Source of the DNA: a virus | Lineage: Duplodnaviria; Caudoviricetes | Direction: 5' to 3' (one strand) | Length of the DNA stretch: 63,965 bases | Virus record (IMG/VR): IMGVR_UViG_3300037714_000156 | Coordinates: 1 to 63,965 of that record | Shown: in pieces, positions 28,001-34,568 of the stretch | How the letters are laid out: every line of letters begins with the position of its first letter | How positions within the stretch are numbered: position 1 is the first letter of the stretch | Notes under the pieces: model-generated | Seen by the model: only the letters and a program-made list of their open reading frames with translations | What the model was told of the DNA's origin: nothing | The model's database searches: none | Position numbers and translations under genes: made by a program

Positions 28001-29967
28001 AGTTTGCAGAAGCTCAGCAGGAGATATTAAATAATGCGATCACTCAGGAAGATTTACTTGACTTGGCATTATCGGCAGGCATCGAGAACGATAATCCATT
28101 ACTTGAACGATTAGTAAAAACAATTCAGGCGAAAGGATTCAGCAGGCATTTCATTCCAAAAAGATTTATTCCGGGATTTGAATACACAACAGAGAATTTT
28201 GAGAAAGCAATCTTCAGATATATGAACTCTGTACCGTTTTATAAAAACAGAACGATAGGCGGAAAAGAATTCGGCAAGGTGATGGGGTTACTCAAACACA
28301 CCGGAGTATTAAAACCAGGGTCAGCGAATGATAAGTATCTTCAGGATCTAAGAAATAAAATTGAGAATAGAGATATAAAATTATCTCAGGCATTAAGGGC
28401 GGTAGCATCAACATATTATCTGGCGTTATCTCCTGCTTATTTATCTCAGCAGATCGTACAACCTCTTAATACATTACTCCCGTATCTCCCGATAGTAGCA
28501 AAAGAACTTGGATTAAGAGGAGCTGAAGCTGAAAAGGCATTTGGTGAGTCGTTAGCAACATCATTACAATATTGGGCTTGGAAAACTTATGACAAAATAA
28601 ACAGAATGACGGGCAGACCGACCAGGGGCAGATTCGGATTAGACCCTGAATTCTTGAGTATCATCAGATCGCTTGAGAGACAGGGAGTAGGCAAGCCATT
28701 AAGGACACTCGAATTAGCCGGTCATGAGGTTGACCCGCAGAAACATTATGATGCAAATCTTTTATCTAAAGGCGTGAGCGGAGTGGCGTGGTTAGGGAAG
28801 ATATCAGGTATGCCAGGTATTCTTGTTGAGGATTTCACACGGACAATCGGCATAAGAGCGTTATACCTGATGGGGAAAAAAGCAGGACTCAGGGGAGCAA
28901 AGATGGAGGACTTTATTTCAACAAACATTGCGAAAACTTTCGGTCCGGCTTCAGGAAGATTGGCGAAACCTCCTGGTTACTACATAGCCGGAGAAGGTAG
29001 AGCAAAACCAATGAAAGAGATTGCACAATCAACAATAGAGTCGTGGTTAACATTCAAGAATTTTGCATTTATGAATTACGGTCAATGGGGAAAAGTATGG
29101 AGAGCGTTAAAGAACGATAATATGTTCAGACCTTTAGCATATAAAACCGGGGCACAGATTGGATTGGGCGGAGTAAAATATATGATGTGGACTGCATCAA
29201 TACTTACTTTACTGAGTGGCATATACGCAATGCTCAATATAACAGAAGACCCGGAAGAACAATATGAGGACTTATTCAAACACTTCAATAAACTAGTTCC
29301 GGGATTAGGTGACGCACTATACAAAGGAATATCATCAATAACATTCAAGGTTGATCTATCCGCTCTGTTTGCTCAGACCGCACCATTAGAAGAACCGTTT
29401 ACGAAAGATGCTATTGAACTTATAGGCGGGGCTCCTGCATCTGCGATAAAAGATATAGTAACAGGTACACCACCGAGAGCGTTGAGAGGTTTTGAGATGG
29501 CGGAGAGATACGAAGAAGAAGGAGTAAAGTTAGGCAGCAGAAAACTTATTCCGTCGGATGAAGTATCTGAATCAGATAAAACAAAAAGGAAACTTGGATT
29601 TACCCCGTTAGATATTTCAGACACATATCAAAAAGAAAATACACGGCAGTTCAAGTCAAGTCAATACACAGATATCATCAGGAAGAAAGTTGCAGAAGAA
29701 ATTATCCCGATGATAAACGCAGGCAACGGAAGCCAGGCAAAAGAAGAATTCAAAAAATTATTTGCTGATATGAAAGCTGATAATGTTTTAACCGAAGGAC
29801 AATTAAAATCCATCGAGGGAGTGAATTCATTTATCTCCCAAGTTGTATTAACTCGTCTTGAAGGTGATGAGAGAGAGACAATAAAGACCTGGAAAAATAA
29901 AGGAGTAACTCCAAAGACCGACAGCAGAAACCGGGAAAGATCAACAAGCCGGGAAAGAACCCGCTAA
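16003..29967 (+). CDS. Giant polyvalent (DarB-like) ejected protein: InPase-like, DUF2958-like, N6-adenine MTase, Strawberry-notch/SF2 helicase and C-terminal membrane-associated region
   Basis: EAQKEAGNYKKGH...DYGYI...DHLDVF (InPase); VLEPSAGNG and ITNPPFG (MTase); GDMTGVGKGR, MDESHNA, QKRGRINRTGQ (helicase). Confidence 0.9.
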   Translation: MAKQPFDDLTKIADRIEQKYNLEWKDKEADTDVQDDLTGIAKRIENKYNASKQKTDPFTGITRPELTPDYGTSQDLFKLGQPPGDKPIQLKDTTAISESIKPPKTEGKDVFTEEEFDNQTRKMEGTLRLIKSLEDYQKGESVFGVPLPIQTVAERQKKIKDNPYLMTREEAEQFYSQNRHLLRDLTNTSRLMLKNIPAIGTIVNTLLYHVNPEGYQYAIADELRQNKSGIDQYADYAAEFSGSLAGLFSIGGGIHQGVNTIKAIETFAKTNKTIADAIAAFIAGTTYGGLSEAENLRLGLITPEGAIANSLASGVVWTAFTKVGTKDWLNLGKKITPTVLPEGQTLKGFVPKYKAVLNGQNVQVGYVKDKGFLTTRIANWFIDTGLVTATGTVSHKVAKAVDDSEKNDTPLVEELQKQFTELDLTQTGIEFALNAIFTGTIPRKYGKMPPPPIKGAKVEPRLLKPGEENIDATVRESMQPKPTGPQDVQRPTEVQPVPPPPVKPTVTPQEEIELTPEPAITEEPVQQRTIEDDAQALNILAQKMSRGETDFTPEELQLQQSYPNYIEGQLKQIKESPEYQEQQRVKRQQVKETTKSDNDTYAEITRRFKNAQRKGQLAGIESIREGVTTITTPEVRTKADELLKQVEQHNNKLREKNEFTLENLSKKIYGKTDLNTLTVEQQQGLLAEYNEMKKQGITEFRPLKGPDETPLIKGDKDAVQKRSPEKILQRQPEEIGEAGSERGGIQPIVKGQKITEAEEEGFLKKESDEETRILKPEDDLEVEPEPSEAQKEAGNYKKGHVERDGLDISLENLKGSTRSGTNKSGKKWEIELQNDYGYIKGTTGKDKDHLDVFLAEDYQEDSPVFIINQTTPDGKFDEHKVMLGFETMLQAEQAYNSNYEEGKAFHSDVIEMPMETFKVWSKEPLLTNKPAVDKTSIDNNKVAIQRMLKQGKSIKQIAKALNFSTDEVIKQGGLKDLAEYYEGDEAASILEDVKAGNVVTIDADAESKQEAMKRVNPTLYKLAQKSATVDDFIKAVAKSSKTSVENISAENLTEFYNRVEPIKKEVEAEVEPETNIATDAKGYPIVTDNYGYDHTIKLWGTHVVRTSPIKEEISESGIKTSNYTLGGSGWEWWGFKKQGDIWEGYVEGFENEFGTFLESELKENGIKIVTDPKELQELNPPIEWKWKQKKVTKPQKPQELPQELKAEKKPTKAPEPQVKPGKKSEKPSVIDDEMKNIIKDIEKGLEGITFQLKKPQQPEFKKDIGPKAVLGKKKPSFQLKPGEKIPSDVQTKANDLIGKFIDKEVYRFKDIVEATGNAFGEETLQRIFPALKAGYTAYLTNATDAETKEMDSFDIVKKFTLESPEGKEYDSLRKEVKQLLIDVNEMTPAQADYKLRGTNAATMAGWKKELTERAEAKGETGISRPFIQRVREEIRSGNQLNKTQLEKIANEFGITDPNVAKEQAELAIVAEARKIINESKNEKEAYDNIVELYNNQPNLTHRTNISVEKQQYSTPAPIAYIAGLFVADGVGNGDVLEPSAGNGMLVISFNTGQVYVNEIDSVRNTNLRQTGYEGIANIDAEKNDNIFGKKFDGIITNPPFGKSSGEKKFNDYKLNKLEHIMAANALKQMNADGRAAIIIGGHNSYDNKGRLQNDRIFFNWLNHYYNVEAVLNIEGDLYKKQGAQFPVRLILINGKKETPQGASPLYDAQKDAVIKDFEDLYNRVKEIRDETLLRPGDDVQRRPGGITDVRSPGGRKVQEPEGAETLPEVEVGRPDKEKPTKPSEVGEFGVRPSGTGKPVRGDTGTVGRPDSGKPTLPGSVPGGKAGQEGRRDIDTGRSGKDVQQGFDREPPSAIARAILEEGKPNLPYKAESKGVTLETVIPRNMAYETSKQLRNLAEDVGGDLDQFVADKLGYKDKEELYGYLGAEQIDATAMAIIAIEQGQGMIIGDMTGVGKGRIAASIIKYGVREGYKPVFFTEKADLFSDFYRDLVDTGSKDLIPFIVNNPSAKNSPNIVDEDGNLVHTALSGDKKSTILRIGDLGKYDFVLSTYSQVNSERSGLKRNFIEDLVRDNILVMDESHNASGDSNTGEFFRDLVRDAKGVTYLSATFAKRPDNMPVYAVKTAISEANLTEDGLVAAIEKGGVALQEILSTDMVEAGQMIRREKSYEGIKIDYKPLTEKKTEHTKIVDSVTEIIRDIIAFQKNHVNGIVDAMDNDAVMEGERIGVETGTNMAGIDNTPFASKVFNVVDQLLFSLKADSAADEAIATFKQGKKPVIAVKNTMESFLDYLGVQVGDIIENTDFSSVLERGLRGIFRIRRVDVTGESTPDELSINDLSEDGRKEYKRLLDKIKSTTVGITISPIDHIIYKLNKAGYKVGEITGRDITLKFRDDGKAIVEKRTEKDKKKTIRDFNNWENPGTPRGIDNYTEMALIVNASGSAGRSAHSSPKFKDQRQRKMVTVQVELNINTEIQKRGRINRTGQVNKPEYVTIASAIPAEQRLLMMAKKKLKSLDANVSSDQSQAGTTFEANDFLNKYGDRIVIEYLKENRELNDMLLDPLKMNIMNEEEIEKFTNKENAAHKVTGRVAILPTHLQEEFYKEIGFRYDDHIEYLNSIEENDLEVKIMPLEAMTTNSRMIVAGKGGVSPFGRDSMLETAEVNVLKKPFRIEKVNELLDKYLDGKGKDEKKKGIINDLRTFWKGWTEEHLNRKVQTIAKDLRIEKEDVVKYASRGLDGLPDLVIKYPHLLNKEVFVDTEFNKYRQLSERLEAQGNYVFNNILDRYDIGRAYKVPLVRDNVAPIYSNGIFLGWEISPKRRNPYAPSAIKMKFAVADSRQIAQFQGSNRDWLNDITSESSSLSAWQQKDMIEDWDNALSDHRREIKPIVTGNILQVMGGNDVKGGQLISYTTKDGGIKRGILIHDSKSIAGTDIRVPIKRARKYIQQLPLGDFIESSAGEIVIANTGNNYWEIEVPASKAKGGKFYLDEGMKGLVKDGRFDKVGNAMRAEFKRDNLDKLIDILQKDFGISVRLSQEQMRKISDDDNTFQLKPGKAYKDDFNNNIPPIFSKHHEYKLSHPYLKHTEVEFAQPKIAFWTREHIKSIGYTDAFVNTLPKLEKGDYGYEQGKEKFAVEIAGYSGYDPEGGGAIIIVSSTATPSAYTEEIIHTIQKRLKTENPELLQKIEQWESIVKKEGKEFGVEIPDGYETFAQAMVFTHLGYANENPDVAEVFEIPKDILDEFTAILNLGKISSDVLKGESQRGIIRLPSGKIDNSLQNFRQKRQGTALQLKPPEDKKLSRAKGLYSQLKSELGEKADVYPEWIKQMRKEYGKEFDKEARKVWKDMKEPAGLTEKEFQKKYYSRHIDIRGRGGEALENIEKIKREGFHSVYANALPMGVGEGKPGTETITDKQYSVRKGDVVYLIPKEYVLNIGTSKPEKIKAGWKPKDEDIVIAEYDKQPLYELYKKKFEQQSSHQLKPASKELINKVEAKGLMIDQNLVATYNIKGEPREFISVSTPGPGRKHTLSLEVSKLDDELKKFTGIKKSMLLSPNEILLNSKGRFPTPLAIAEAKEILKDKFDSEYQKFREENKPPKNFDLIFEEGLILENFARKVVAADKLGIKDINADLWSEATKIERPGKSAFQLRKPKKDRSEKLLGKKKETEIAREQNREPESGEGNVVDFGVGLGQVFTVTADKINDFIKNNRLEKELGIEGDPKLRKLYREFLTAPQWFFDKEPQLKRIWDIVDRHFVRNVNEETAILREDKWQNGKPWRKLSETEKTEFLSALKEYEQVQYELQRDGESLELLDWADYADEHALTPGVTELLFNVYKPVIETALDMVKDVDRYKIINETKVNPYLENYYIAKESGARQEFLDNTLEKAREEFFNDDPNAEALYENELLRMATGKADPVRALELAWGNNPNLRETLAEVLIGKKYEKIDGKVYFPSSRLENKYFLSAIKKSTPEEKLIEGIQDDKFFTTNNSLAKLNTIKEELEAQGYDTKVGKFAEAQQEILNNAITQEDLLDLALSAGIENDNPLLERLVKTIQAKGFSRHFIPKRFIPGFEYTTENFEKAIFRYMNSVPFYKNRTIGGKEFGKVMGLLKHTGVLKPGSANDKYLQDLRNKIENRDIKLSQALRAVASTYYLALSPAYLSQQIVQPLNTLLPYLPIVAKELGLRGAEAEKAFGESLATSLQYWAWKTYDKINRMTGRPTRGRFGLDPEFLSIIRSLERQGVGKPLRTLELAGHEVDPQKHYDANLLSKGVSGVAWLGKISGMPGILVEDFTRTIGIRALYLMGKKAGLRGAKMEDFISTNIAKTFGPASGRLAKPPGYYIAGEGRAKPMKEIAQSTIESWLTFKNFAFMNYGQWGKVWRALKNDNMFRPLAYKTGAQIGLGGVKYMMWTASILTLLSGIYAMLNITEDPEEQYEDLFKHFNKLVPGLGDALYKGISSITFKVDLSALFAQTAPLEEPFTKDAIELIGGAPASAIKDIVTGTPPRALRGFEMAERYEEEGVKLGSRKLIPSDEVSESDKTKRKLGFTPLDISDTYQKENTRQFKSSQYTDIIRKKVAEEIIPMINAGNGSQAKEEFKKLFADMKADNVLTEGQLKSIEGVNSFISQVVLTRLEGDERETIKTWKNKGVTPKTDSRNRERSTSRERTR
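18152..18325 (+). CDS. Nested +1-frame gene: 57-aa basic protein MPYKSEAQRKYFNANRKKLEKQGVNVEEFNQSSKGKKLPKRKKKDSLKKKVMKKLGY
   Basis: AAAGGAGA RBS just upstream; resembles small phage proteins starting MP[FY]KSxAQ; below the ORF-track length cutoff. Confidence 0.7.
   Translation: MPYKSEAQRKYFNANRKKLEKQGVNVEEFNQSSKGKKLPKRKKKDSLKKKVMKKLGY
21188..21580 (+). CDS. Nested +1-frame gene: 130-aa acidic helical protein
   Basis: AAGGAG RBS at 21175-21180; globular-looking composition while the host frame is a G/R/P-rich linker over the same span. Confidence 0.7.
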   Translation: MKLYYDPEMMSNEDQAELLMCEVPEDAKFKNPKELKPYLKWRLEDLIKKSPQSLPKLESLVYDLLEQENPYVETPEQLADLILESPHYQEVFQVVKQDKKDAETLTQEEAEKMFNKVSIESLLQLLQEQF

Positions 29968-30005
29968 AATCCTCCAATTCCTGCCATAAATCAAACAAAA
30001 ACTAC

Positions 30006-30036
30006 TTGACACAAGTACGTTTATACCGTATATTTG
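30006..30036 (+). promoter_or_regulatory. Early promoter
   Basis: TTGACA-17 nt-TATATT; the -10 extends to TATATTTG (TAnnTTTG, FCB-type). Confidence 0.8.
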
Positions 30037-30072
30037 TTCAGAACAAAATAAGACACCAATAGGATTACTACA

Positions 30073-30294
30073 ATGAAATCAATTCAAGACTTAGTACAAG
30101 CATTAGACGGCATCGTCAAGAAAACTCAAATCATTATGGACATACGTTTGGGTAGTCACGGCATTACTGCAATAAAAGTTGGAAACAGTTATGCCATCGA
30201 GGATGATGTAGCGGAGAAATATATCTTAACCCGAAAAAAACTTCACGCACAGAAAACAAGAAAAGCCAAGAGGAAAGAACTTAGTATTAATTAA
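30073..30294 (+). CDS. Excisionase-like/HTH DNA-binding protein
   Basis: ITAIKVGNSYAIEDDVAEKYI resembles the HTH_17 wing; first gene after the promoter. Confidence 0.6.
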   Translation: MKSIQDLVQALDGIVKKTQIIMDIRLGSHGITAIKVGNSYAIEDDVAEKYILTRKKLHAQKTRKAKRKELSIN

Positions 30295-30326
30295 TACCTA
30301 ATCAGCATTTAGAAAGGAAACAGTAA

Positions 30327-31022
30327 ATGATACGATACATACAGAAAGACGAACCATTAAATATCAATCACTATGCACTCGAAGGTGGTGACAGTTCCTC
30401 CGGTAACTCTCCTATACAAATAAAAGTATTACCATTCAAAAGCTGTTATCCTCACAATAGAGGAGAGTCCTTCAAAATATGGGAAAGAATAGCTTGCGTT
30501 TGTTTCCCGTATGACATATATCATTCAATAAAATTTGATGAAATGGAATTCGGGACTCAGAAATATATTCCCGAATATACAGTAAATCATTGGGTGCAGG
30601 GGAATGGTGATTTTGTTTTTACTTCTAAGACAGGAAGAAACTTATTCAGGCATGATAAAGCCGTCGAAGCCATTATGAAAGTTCTGAAAGATACAATCAT
30701 CCCGGAGATCAACAACATAATAAAAATGAAAGCGGATCTTACGAAAATGATGGAATGCTTCCCCGATTTGCTGAAAGACAAAGAACTATCGGGGATTAAA
30801 TCAGATATTATGAACATAAAAGATTTTGTCGGATGGTTCCCAAAAGATTTTCCTCTCGACAAAAATGATTCATTGATGAGTGCTTTTGCCAAAATGGATG
30901 AGAGGTTTGCGAAGGTAGAAAAACAAGTAAACGATATTAACAAATACCTTGACTCTGAGATTCCGGTTATTCTGCCAACAAAACCTCCTCGTATAATAAA
31001 GAGAAAGAGAGCAGGGAAATGA
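30327..31022 (+). CDS. Hypothetical early protein, possibly regulatory
   Basis: 231 aa, AGAAAGGAA RBS, C-terminal coiled coil. Confidence 0.6.
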   Translation: MIRYIQKDEPLNINHYALEGGDSSSGNSPIQIKVLPFKSCYPHNRGESFKIWERIACVCFPYDIYHSIKFDEMEFGTQKYIPEYTVNHWVQGNGDFVFTSKTGRNLFRHDKAVEAIMKVLKDTIIPEINNIIKMKADLTKMMECFPDLLKDKELSGIKSDIMNIKDFVGWFPKDFPLDKNDSLMSAFAKMDERFAKVEKQVNDINKYLDSEIPVILPTKPPRIIKRKRAGK

Positions 31023-31267
31023 GCGAGTCTATAACTATATGCAAAAGTTGTGGAGAGAAAGCACACGGAGAGGATATTGATATGATGTATTGCAGGCATT
31101 GTGACCAACACGTAATTTTTATAGAAATATCAGATTGTCCGGTATGCGGAGGAAGCGGTTCGGTTGATGAAATTGATACTGAAAAAGTAAACGGACAAAC
31201 AACAACTCCACCATATCACAAGGTTGGATGTAATACTTGCAACGGAGAGAGTTGGGTAGAGGCATAA
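31019..31267 (+). CDS. Zinc-finger protein with DnaJ-type CxxCxGxG motifs
   Basis: CKSC, CRHC, CPVCGGSG, CNTCNG. Confidence 0.7.
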   Translation: MSESITICKSCGEKAHGEDIDMMYCRHCDQHVIFIEISDCPVCGGSGSVDEIDTEKVNGQTTTPPYHKVGCNTCNGESWVEA

Positions 31268-31470
31268 TGAAAATTAAAATATCTTATTGCTTAGACGATA
31301 ACTACCATCCAGAGGGAAAGTGTGTTGCACAGGCTCGTAAGGAAGGAAAGTTATTTATAGGACACGGTGATAATTTTGATGACGCAAAAGAATCGCTTAT
31401 CAAAGTTATTAGAAAAGATATTGAAGAAAGAAAGATGATAATACCACCAGACGAAGAAGTAGAGCTATGA
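31267..31470 (+). CDS. Small HicB-like protein
   Basis: FIGHGDNFDDAKESLIKVI resembles the HicB GxT/N-EEA motif; TAATG coupling. Confidence 0.45.
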   Translation: MKIKISYCLDDNYHPEGKCVAQARKEGKLFIGHGDNFDDAKESLIKVIRKDIEERKMIIPPDEEVEL

Positions 31471-32081
31471 CAAACGCACAAGCAAATATATTGACCTATA
31501 ATGATTCTAAGCACGAATACAAAGTTAATGGAGTAATAGTCCCATCAGTAACGCAGTCAATCAAAACAGCAGGGTTGATTGATTTATCATTTGTAGATAA
31601 AGAATTACTTGAATACAAATCAGACATAGGGAATAAAGCTCACAAGACAACAGAACTTTATGACACAAACAATCTTGATGAAACTACTCTGCATCCTATG
31701 TTGTTTGGATATTTACAGGCTTGGAAGAAATTCAGAGCAGACTATCAATTCAAACCAATCCATATTGAGTTAGCAATGGTTCATAAGTTATACAGATATG
31801 CAGGAAGGATTGATCGGATTGGGACGATAGAAAATACCACACACATTATTCAGGCTGATATTAAGACCGGAGTAAAGCATCATTCATACGCTATTCAATC
31901 AGCAGGATATGTTGAACTATATAATTATGGTAAGCCAAAGAAAGAACAAATCAAGAGAAGGTTCACCGTTTACCTTAACGAAGACGGCACTTACAAAGTA
32001 GATGAACACAAAGATAAAACAGACATATCAATATTTTTAGCAGCATTATCAATTACAAATTACATGAGGAACCATAAATGA
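31467..32081 (+). CDS. PD-(D/E)XK exonuclease (RecB/Cas4-like phage exonuclease)
   Basis: VPSVTQ, GNKAH, YAGRIDRI, DIKTG, QSAGY. Confidence 0.85.
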   Translation: MTNAQANILTYNDSKHEYKVNGVIVPSVTQSIKTAGLIDLSFVDKELLEYKSDIGNKAHKTTELYDTNNLDETTLHPMLFGYLQAWKKFRADYQFKPIHIELAMVHKLYRYAGRIDRIGTIENTTHIIQADIKTGVKHHSYAIQSAGYVELYNYGKPKKEQIKRRFTVYLNEDGTYKVDEHKDKTDISIFLAALSITNYMRNHK

Positions 32082-32770
32082 AGAACGTGAAAGGAAACAG
32101 TATCAGCGTAAACATTGATACCACCAAAGAGAAACAAAAAACCGCCGATGTTCCGGCATTGTGCAAGAAAGCTGAATTAGTTATCACCAACCAGGAGCAA
32201 TACAATGTTGCTACGGATGTGTTGAAGGATGTCAAGGCACGGTACAAAGAACTCGACACACAGAGAAAGAGTATTACCCAACCTCTCGACGAAGCTAAGA
32301 AACAGGTTATGGAATTGTTTCGGATGCCCTTAGAACTATTGGATGGTGCGGAAAAGAAAATCAAAGGATTGATGATAGGATATACCAATAAAAAAGAGCA
32401 AGAAGCGAGGGAAGAACAGGCTCGGTTGCAGAAACTCGCTGATGCCGAAGCAGCAAAACAAAAAAAGATTTTAGATGAAAAGATTGCAAGGGCAGAAGCA
32501 TCCGGGAAAAAAGAGAAAGTTGAGGAACTCGAAGCACAGAAAGATGCAGTAGTCTCTATTGCTGTTCCGGTAATATCTTCAAACATTGACACACCGACAG
32601 GGCTTTCTTATCGGGAGAAATGGAGTGCAATTATTGTTGATCCGAACCTTATTCCGAGAGAATACCTGATCGTAAATGAAAAAGCATTGGAAAAAATTGC
32701 ACAGGCGACAAAGGGAAGTCTTCAAATACCGGGGGTAAGATTTGAGAAAAGCAAGGTAGTGGTAGCATAA
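32078..32770 (+). CDS. Coiled-coil Gp157/Mu-Gam-like protein
   Basis: RKSITQPLDEAKK; IVDPNLIPREYL...IPGVRFE C-terminus. Confidence 0.65.
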   Translation: MKNVKGNSISVNIDTTKEKQKTADVPALCKKAELVITNQEQYNVATDVLKDVKARYKELDTQRKSITQPLDEAKKQVMELFRMPLELLDGAEKKIKGLMIGYTNKKEQEAREEQARLQKLADAEAAKQKKILDEKIARAEASGKKEKVEELEAQKDAVVSIAVPVISSNIDTPTGLSYREKWSAIIVDPNLIPREYLIVNEKALEKIAQATKGSLQIPGVRFEKSKVVVA

Positions 32771-32956
32771 CACCATAGGGCTTAACGGGAAGCCCAGAAA
32801 GGAAGCAAATGAAATATTATAAGATTAAATATAGTTGCGGATGTGAGTATGAAGGGCACAATCCATCATCTCCAAGATGCCCTTCAGACCATAATTCCAA
32901 TATTGTAGAATATGCCTGGGAGGATGATAGCTTGCCCGTTGAAGCCAAAGTTAGCA
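32765..32956 (-). mobile_element. attC-like site A, inverted; loop holds the RBS and 5' end of ORF 32809
   Basis: GCATAAC...GGCTTAACGGGAAGC pairs with GCTT(G)CCCGTT(G)AAGCC-aaa-GTTAGCA; two unpaired bases 6 nt apart. Confidence 0.75.
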
Positions 32957-33168
32957 ATGCAAATGGCGGCGACCTTGAAAGACAAGAACAATTATTAGGG
33001 TTGCTTTATAGGTTTGCTGAGTGCCAGAAAAATAAAATTGGTAAAGAAATTAGGTACACACAAAAAGATAAAAACATTAATCCCGAAATAAAACATATTT
33101 ACAGCGTGGGCGATTATTTAGGAAAGATATTAGAACTGTTTGGTAAAAAAGTAATACCGATAGACTAA
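32809..33168 (+). CDS. Cassette-borne hypothetical protein
   Basis: AGAAAGGAA RBS; lies wholly in unit 32771-33185; the attC arm encodes SLPVEAKVS. Confidence 0.65.
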   Translation: MKYYKIKYSCGCEYEGHNPSSPRCPSDHNSNIVEYAWEDDSLPVEAKVSNANGGDLERQEQLLGLLYRFAECQKNKIGKEIRYTQKDKNINPEIKHIYSVGDYLGKILELFGKKVIPID

Positions 33169-33179
33169 GCCGTTTGTCT

Positions 33180-33221
33180 TGCTAACATTCAGATGAACCT
33201 TGTTCGATCTGATAGTTATGC
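33180..33221 (-). mobile_element. Minimal attC-like site (resident insertion platform)
   Basis: TGCTAAC-at-TCAGATGAAC-ctt-GTTC(G)ATCTGA-ta-GTTATGC; GTTATGC is complementary to GCATAAC at 32765. Confidence 0.7.
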
Positions 33222-33255
33222 GACTAAAAAAGTATAAGAAAGGAAACACAACAAA

Positions 33256-33456
33256 ATGAAAAAGCAGACATCAGTAAAAAAACAATTTAAGAAATTGTTG
33301 GATGACACAATTAGGTCTGCGGAAGAATATGGCAGTAAAAAAGAAACCAAAGAAATGGCGACAAATTATATAGCAGGGGCTTTAAGCATACTTAAATGGA
33401 ACAAAAGGAAATTGAACACATTTGTTAATAAAAATTTTCTAAGGAAAGTAAAATGA
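33256..33456 (+). CDS. Hypothetical protein
   Basis: 66 aa, AGAAAGGAA RBS. Confidence 0.6.
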   Translation: MKKQTSVKKQFKKLLDDTIRSAEEYGSKKETKEMATNYIAGALSILKWNKRKLNTFVNKNFLRKVK

Positions 33457-34148
33457 AAACACAAGCAAGAAAGAAAAAACCACCAGTAAAGAAGAAACCC
33501 AGACTAACACCGGAGAAAGCATTTCTCAAAGCATTTTTAGCTTTGCAAAGTGAATTGCCGGAGTTAAAGAGAACGGAGAAAGTCAACGGGGGCGAACATA
33601 CATATTCATACACTCCATTACCTGTAATGAGAAAGGTATTACAGCCCTTACTAACCAAACACGGATTTGTATATGCTTGGGACTCAAAGGAAGTAAGCAA
33701 TAACAGGATAGAATACACTTGCATACTTACCCATATTGAAGGACACTCAAAAAGTTCAAGCATAATAGCCGATAAGGACAGCACGGCGGATATGAATAAT
33801 GTTCAGGCAGTTGGTAGCACAACGACATACTTGCAGAGATACACGCTTAAAGCCGTTCTCGGATTAACTTCTGCCGATGATGATGATGATGGGAAGTCAG
33901 CAGGGAAGAAGAATAAAAAAGAAGAAATTCCGGGACCGAACGCTCTCACACAGTCAACAAATGGCTATGAGAATATGGATATAGAATCTCTGATGATATT
34001 AACGGACAAAAAAGTAGTGAAGGATTTTATTAAAAAGAAATACAAGAAAGATGAAATGAACTTGTTTGGATTTTCTGATATTGAAAAATACGAGATAAAA
34101 GAATTCCTGATAAAAACTATAAAAGAAAACGAGAAACCGAGGAAGTGA
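33453..34148 (+). CDS. erf: ERF-family single-strand annealing protein
   Basis: YSYTPL, LTKHG, QAVGSTTTYLQRYTLKAVLGL...DDDG. Confidence 0.88.
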   Translation: MKTQARKKKPPVKKKPRLTPEKAFLKAFLALQSELPELKRTEKVNGGEHTYSYTPLPVMRKVLQPLLTKHGFVYAWDSKEVSNNRIEYTCILTHIEGHSKSSSIIADKDSTADMNNVQAVGSTTTYLQRYTLKAVLGLTSADDDDDGKSAGKKNKKEEIPGPNALTQSTNGYENMDIESLMILTDKKVVKDFIKKKYKKDEMNLFGFSDIEKYEIKEFLIKTIKENEKPRK

Positions 34149-34354
34149 AATTGCCCGAAGACATAACGCTCAGGGATTATTTTGTAGCTCATATCGTGGA
34201 GGGAATATTATCTAATGAGTTTGAGACCTTAGAATTATTCAAAGGTAAGACGAAAGAAGAAGCGGTTAAAGACCTTGCTAACGCTGTATATAAAATAGCA
34301 GATGCTTTAATAGCGGAAAAACAAAGGAGAGAGGGAAAGAAGGGAGATGATTAA
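34145..34354 (+). CDS. Conserved small phage protein
   Basis: TLRDYF...AVYKIADALIAE motif. Confidence 0.7.
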   Translation: MKLPEDITLRDYFVAHIVEGILSNEFETLELFKGKTKEEAVKDLANAVYKIADALIAEKQRREGKKGDD

Positions 34355-34568
34355 ATACTTTATTTTTTTAATTCTATCACTTGTGATTGTTGCAGGTTTT
34401 CACGTGTTGGTGATAACTCTTGCTGATATTGAGACTGATGTGAACAATCCATCAACTTGGGTATTCATTTTTATTATGTGTTTTAACTTAGTCATAACTG
34501 AAAAAACATTCACTCATTGCTATAAACAATATCTACATTCAAAAGAAAAAGGAGAAAAATTCCTATGA
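34347..34568 (+). CDS. Small membrane protein
   Basis: Two hydrophobic segments, coupled start. Confidence 0.55.
   Translation: MIKYFIFLILSLVIVAGFHVLVITLADIETDVNNPSTWVFIFIMCFNLVITEKTFTHCYKQYLHSKEKGEKFL

Noticed and set aside
32950-33214. Cassettes cut at G|TT on the + strand, producing chimeric proteins
   Set aside because: End complementarity fits both models, but the unpaired bases mark the + strand as the attC bottom strand, placing the cut at AA|C and keeping genes intact; not fully excluded
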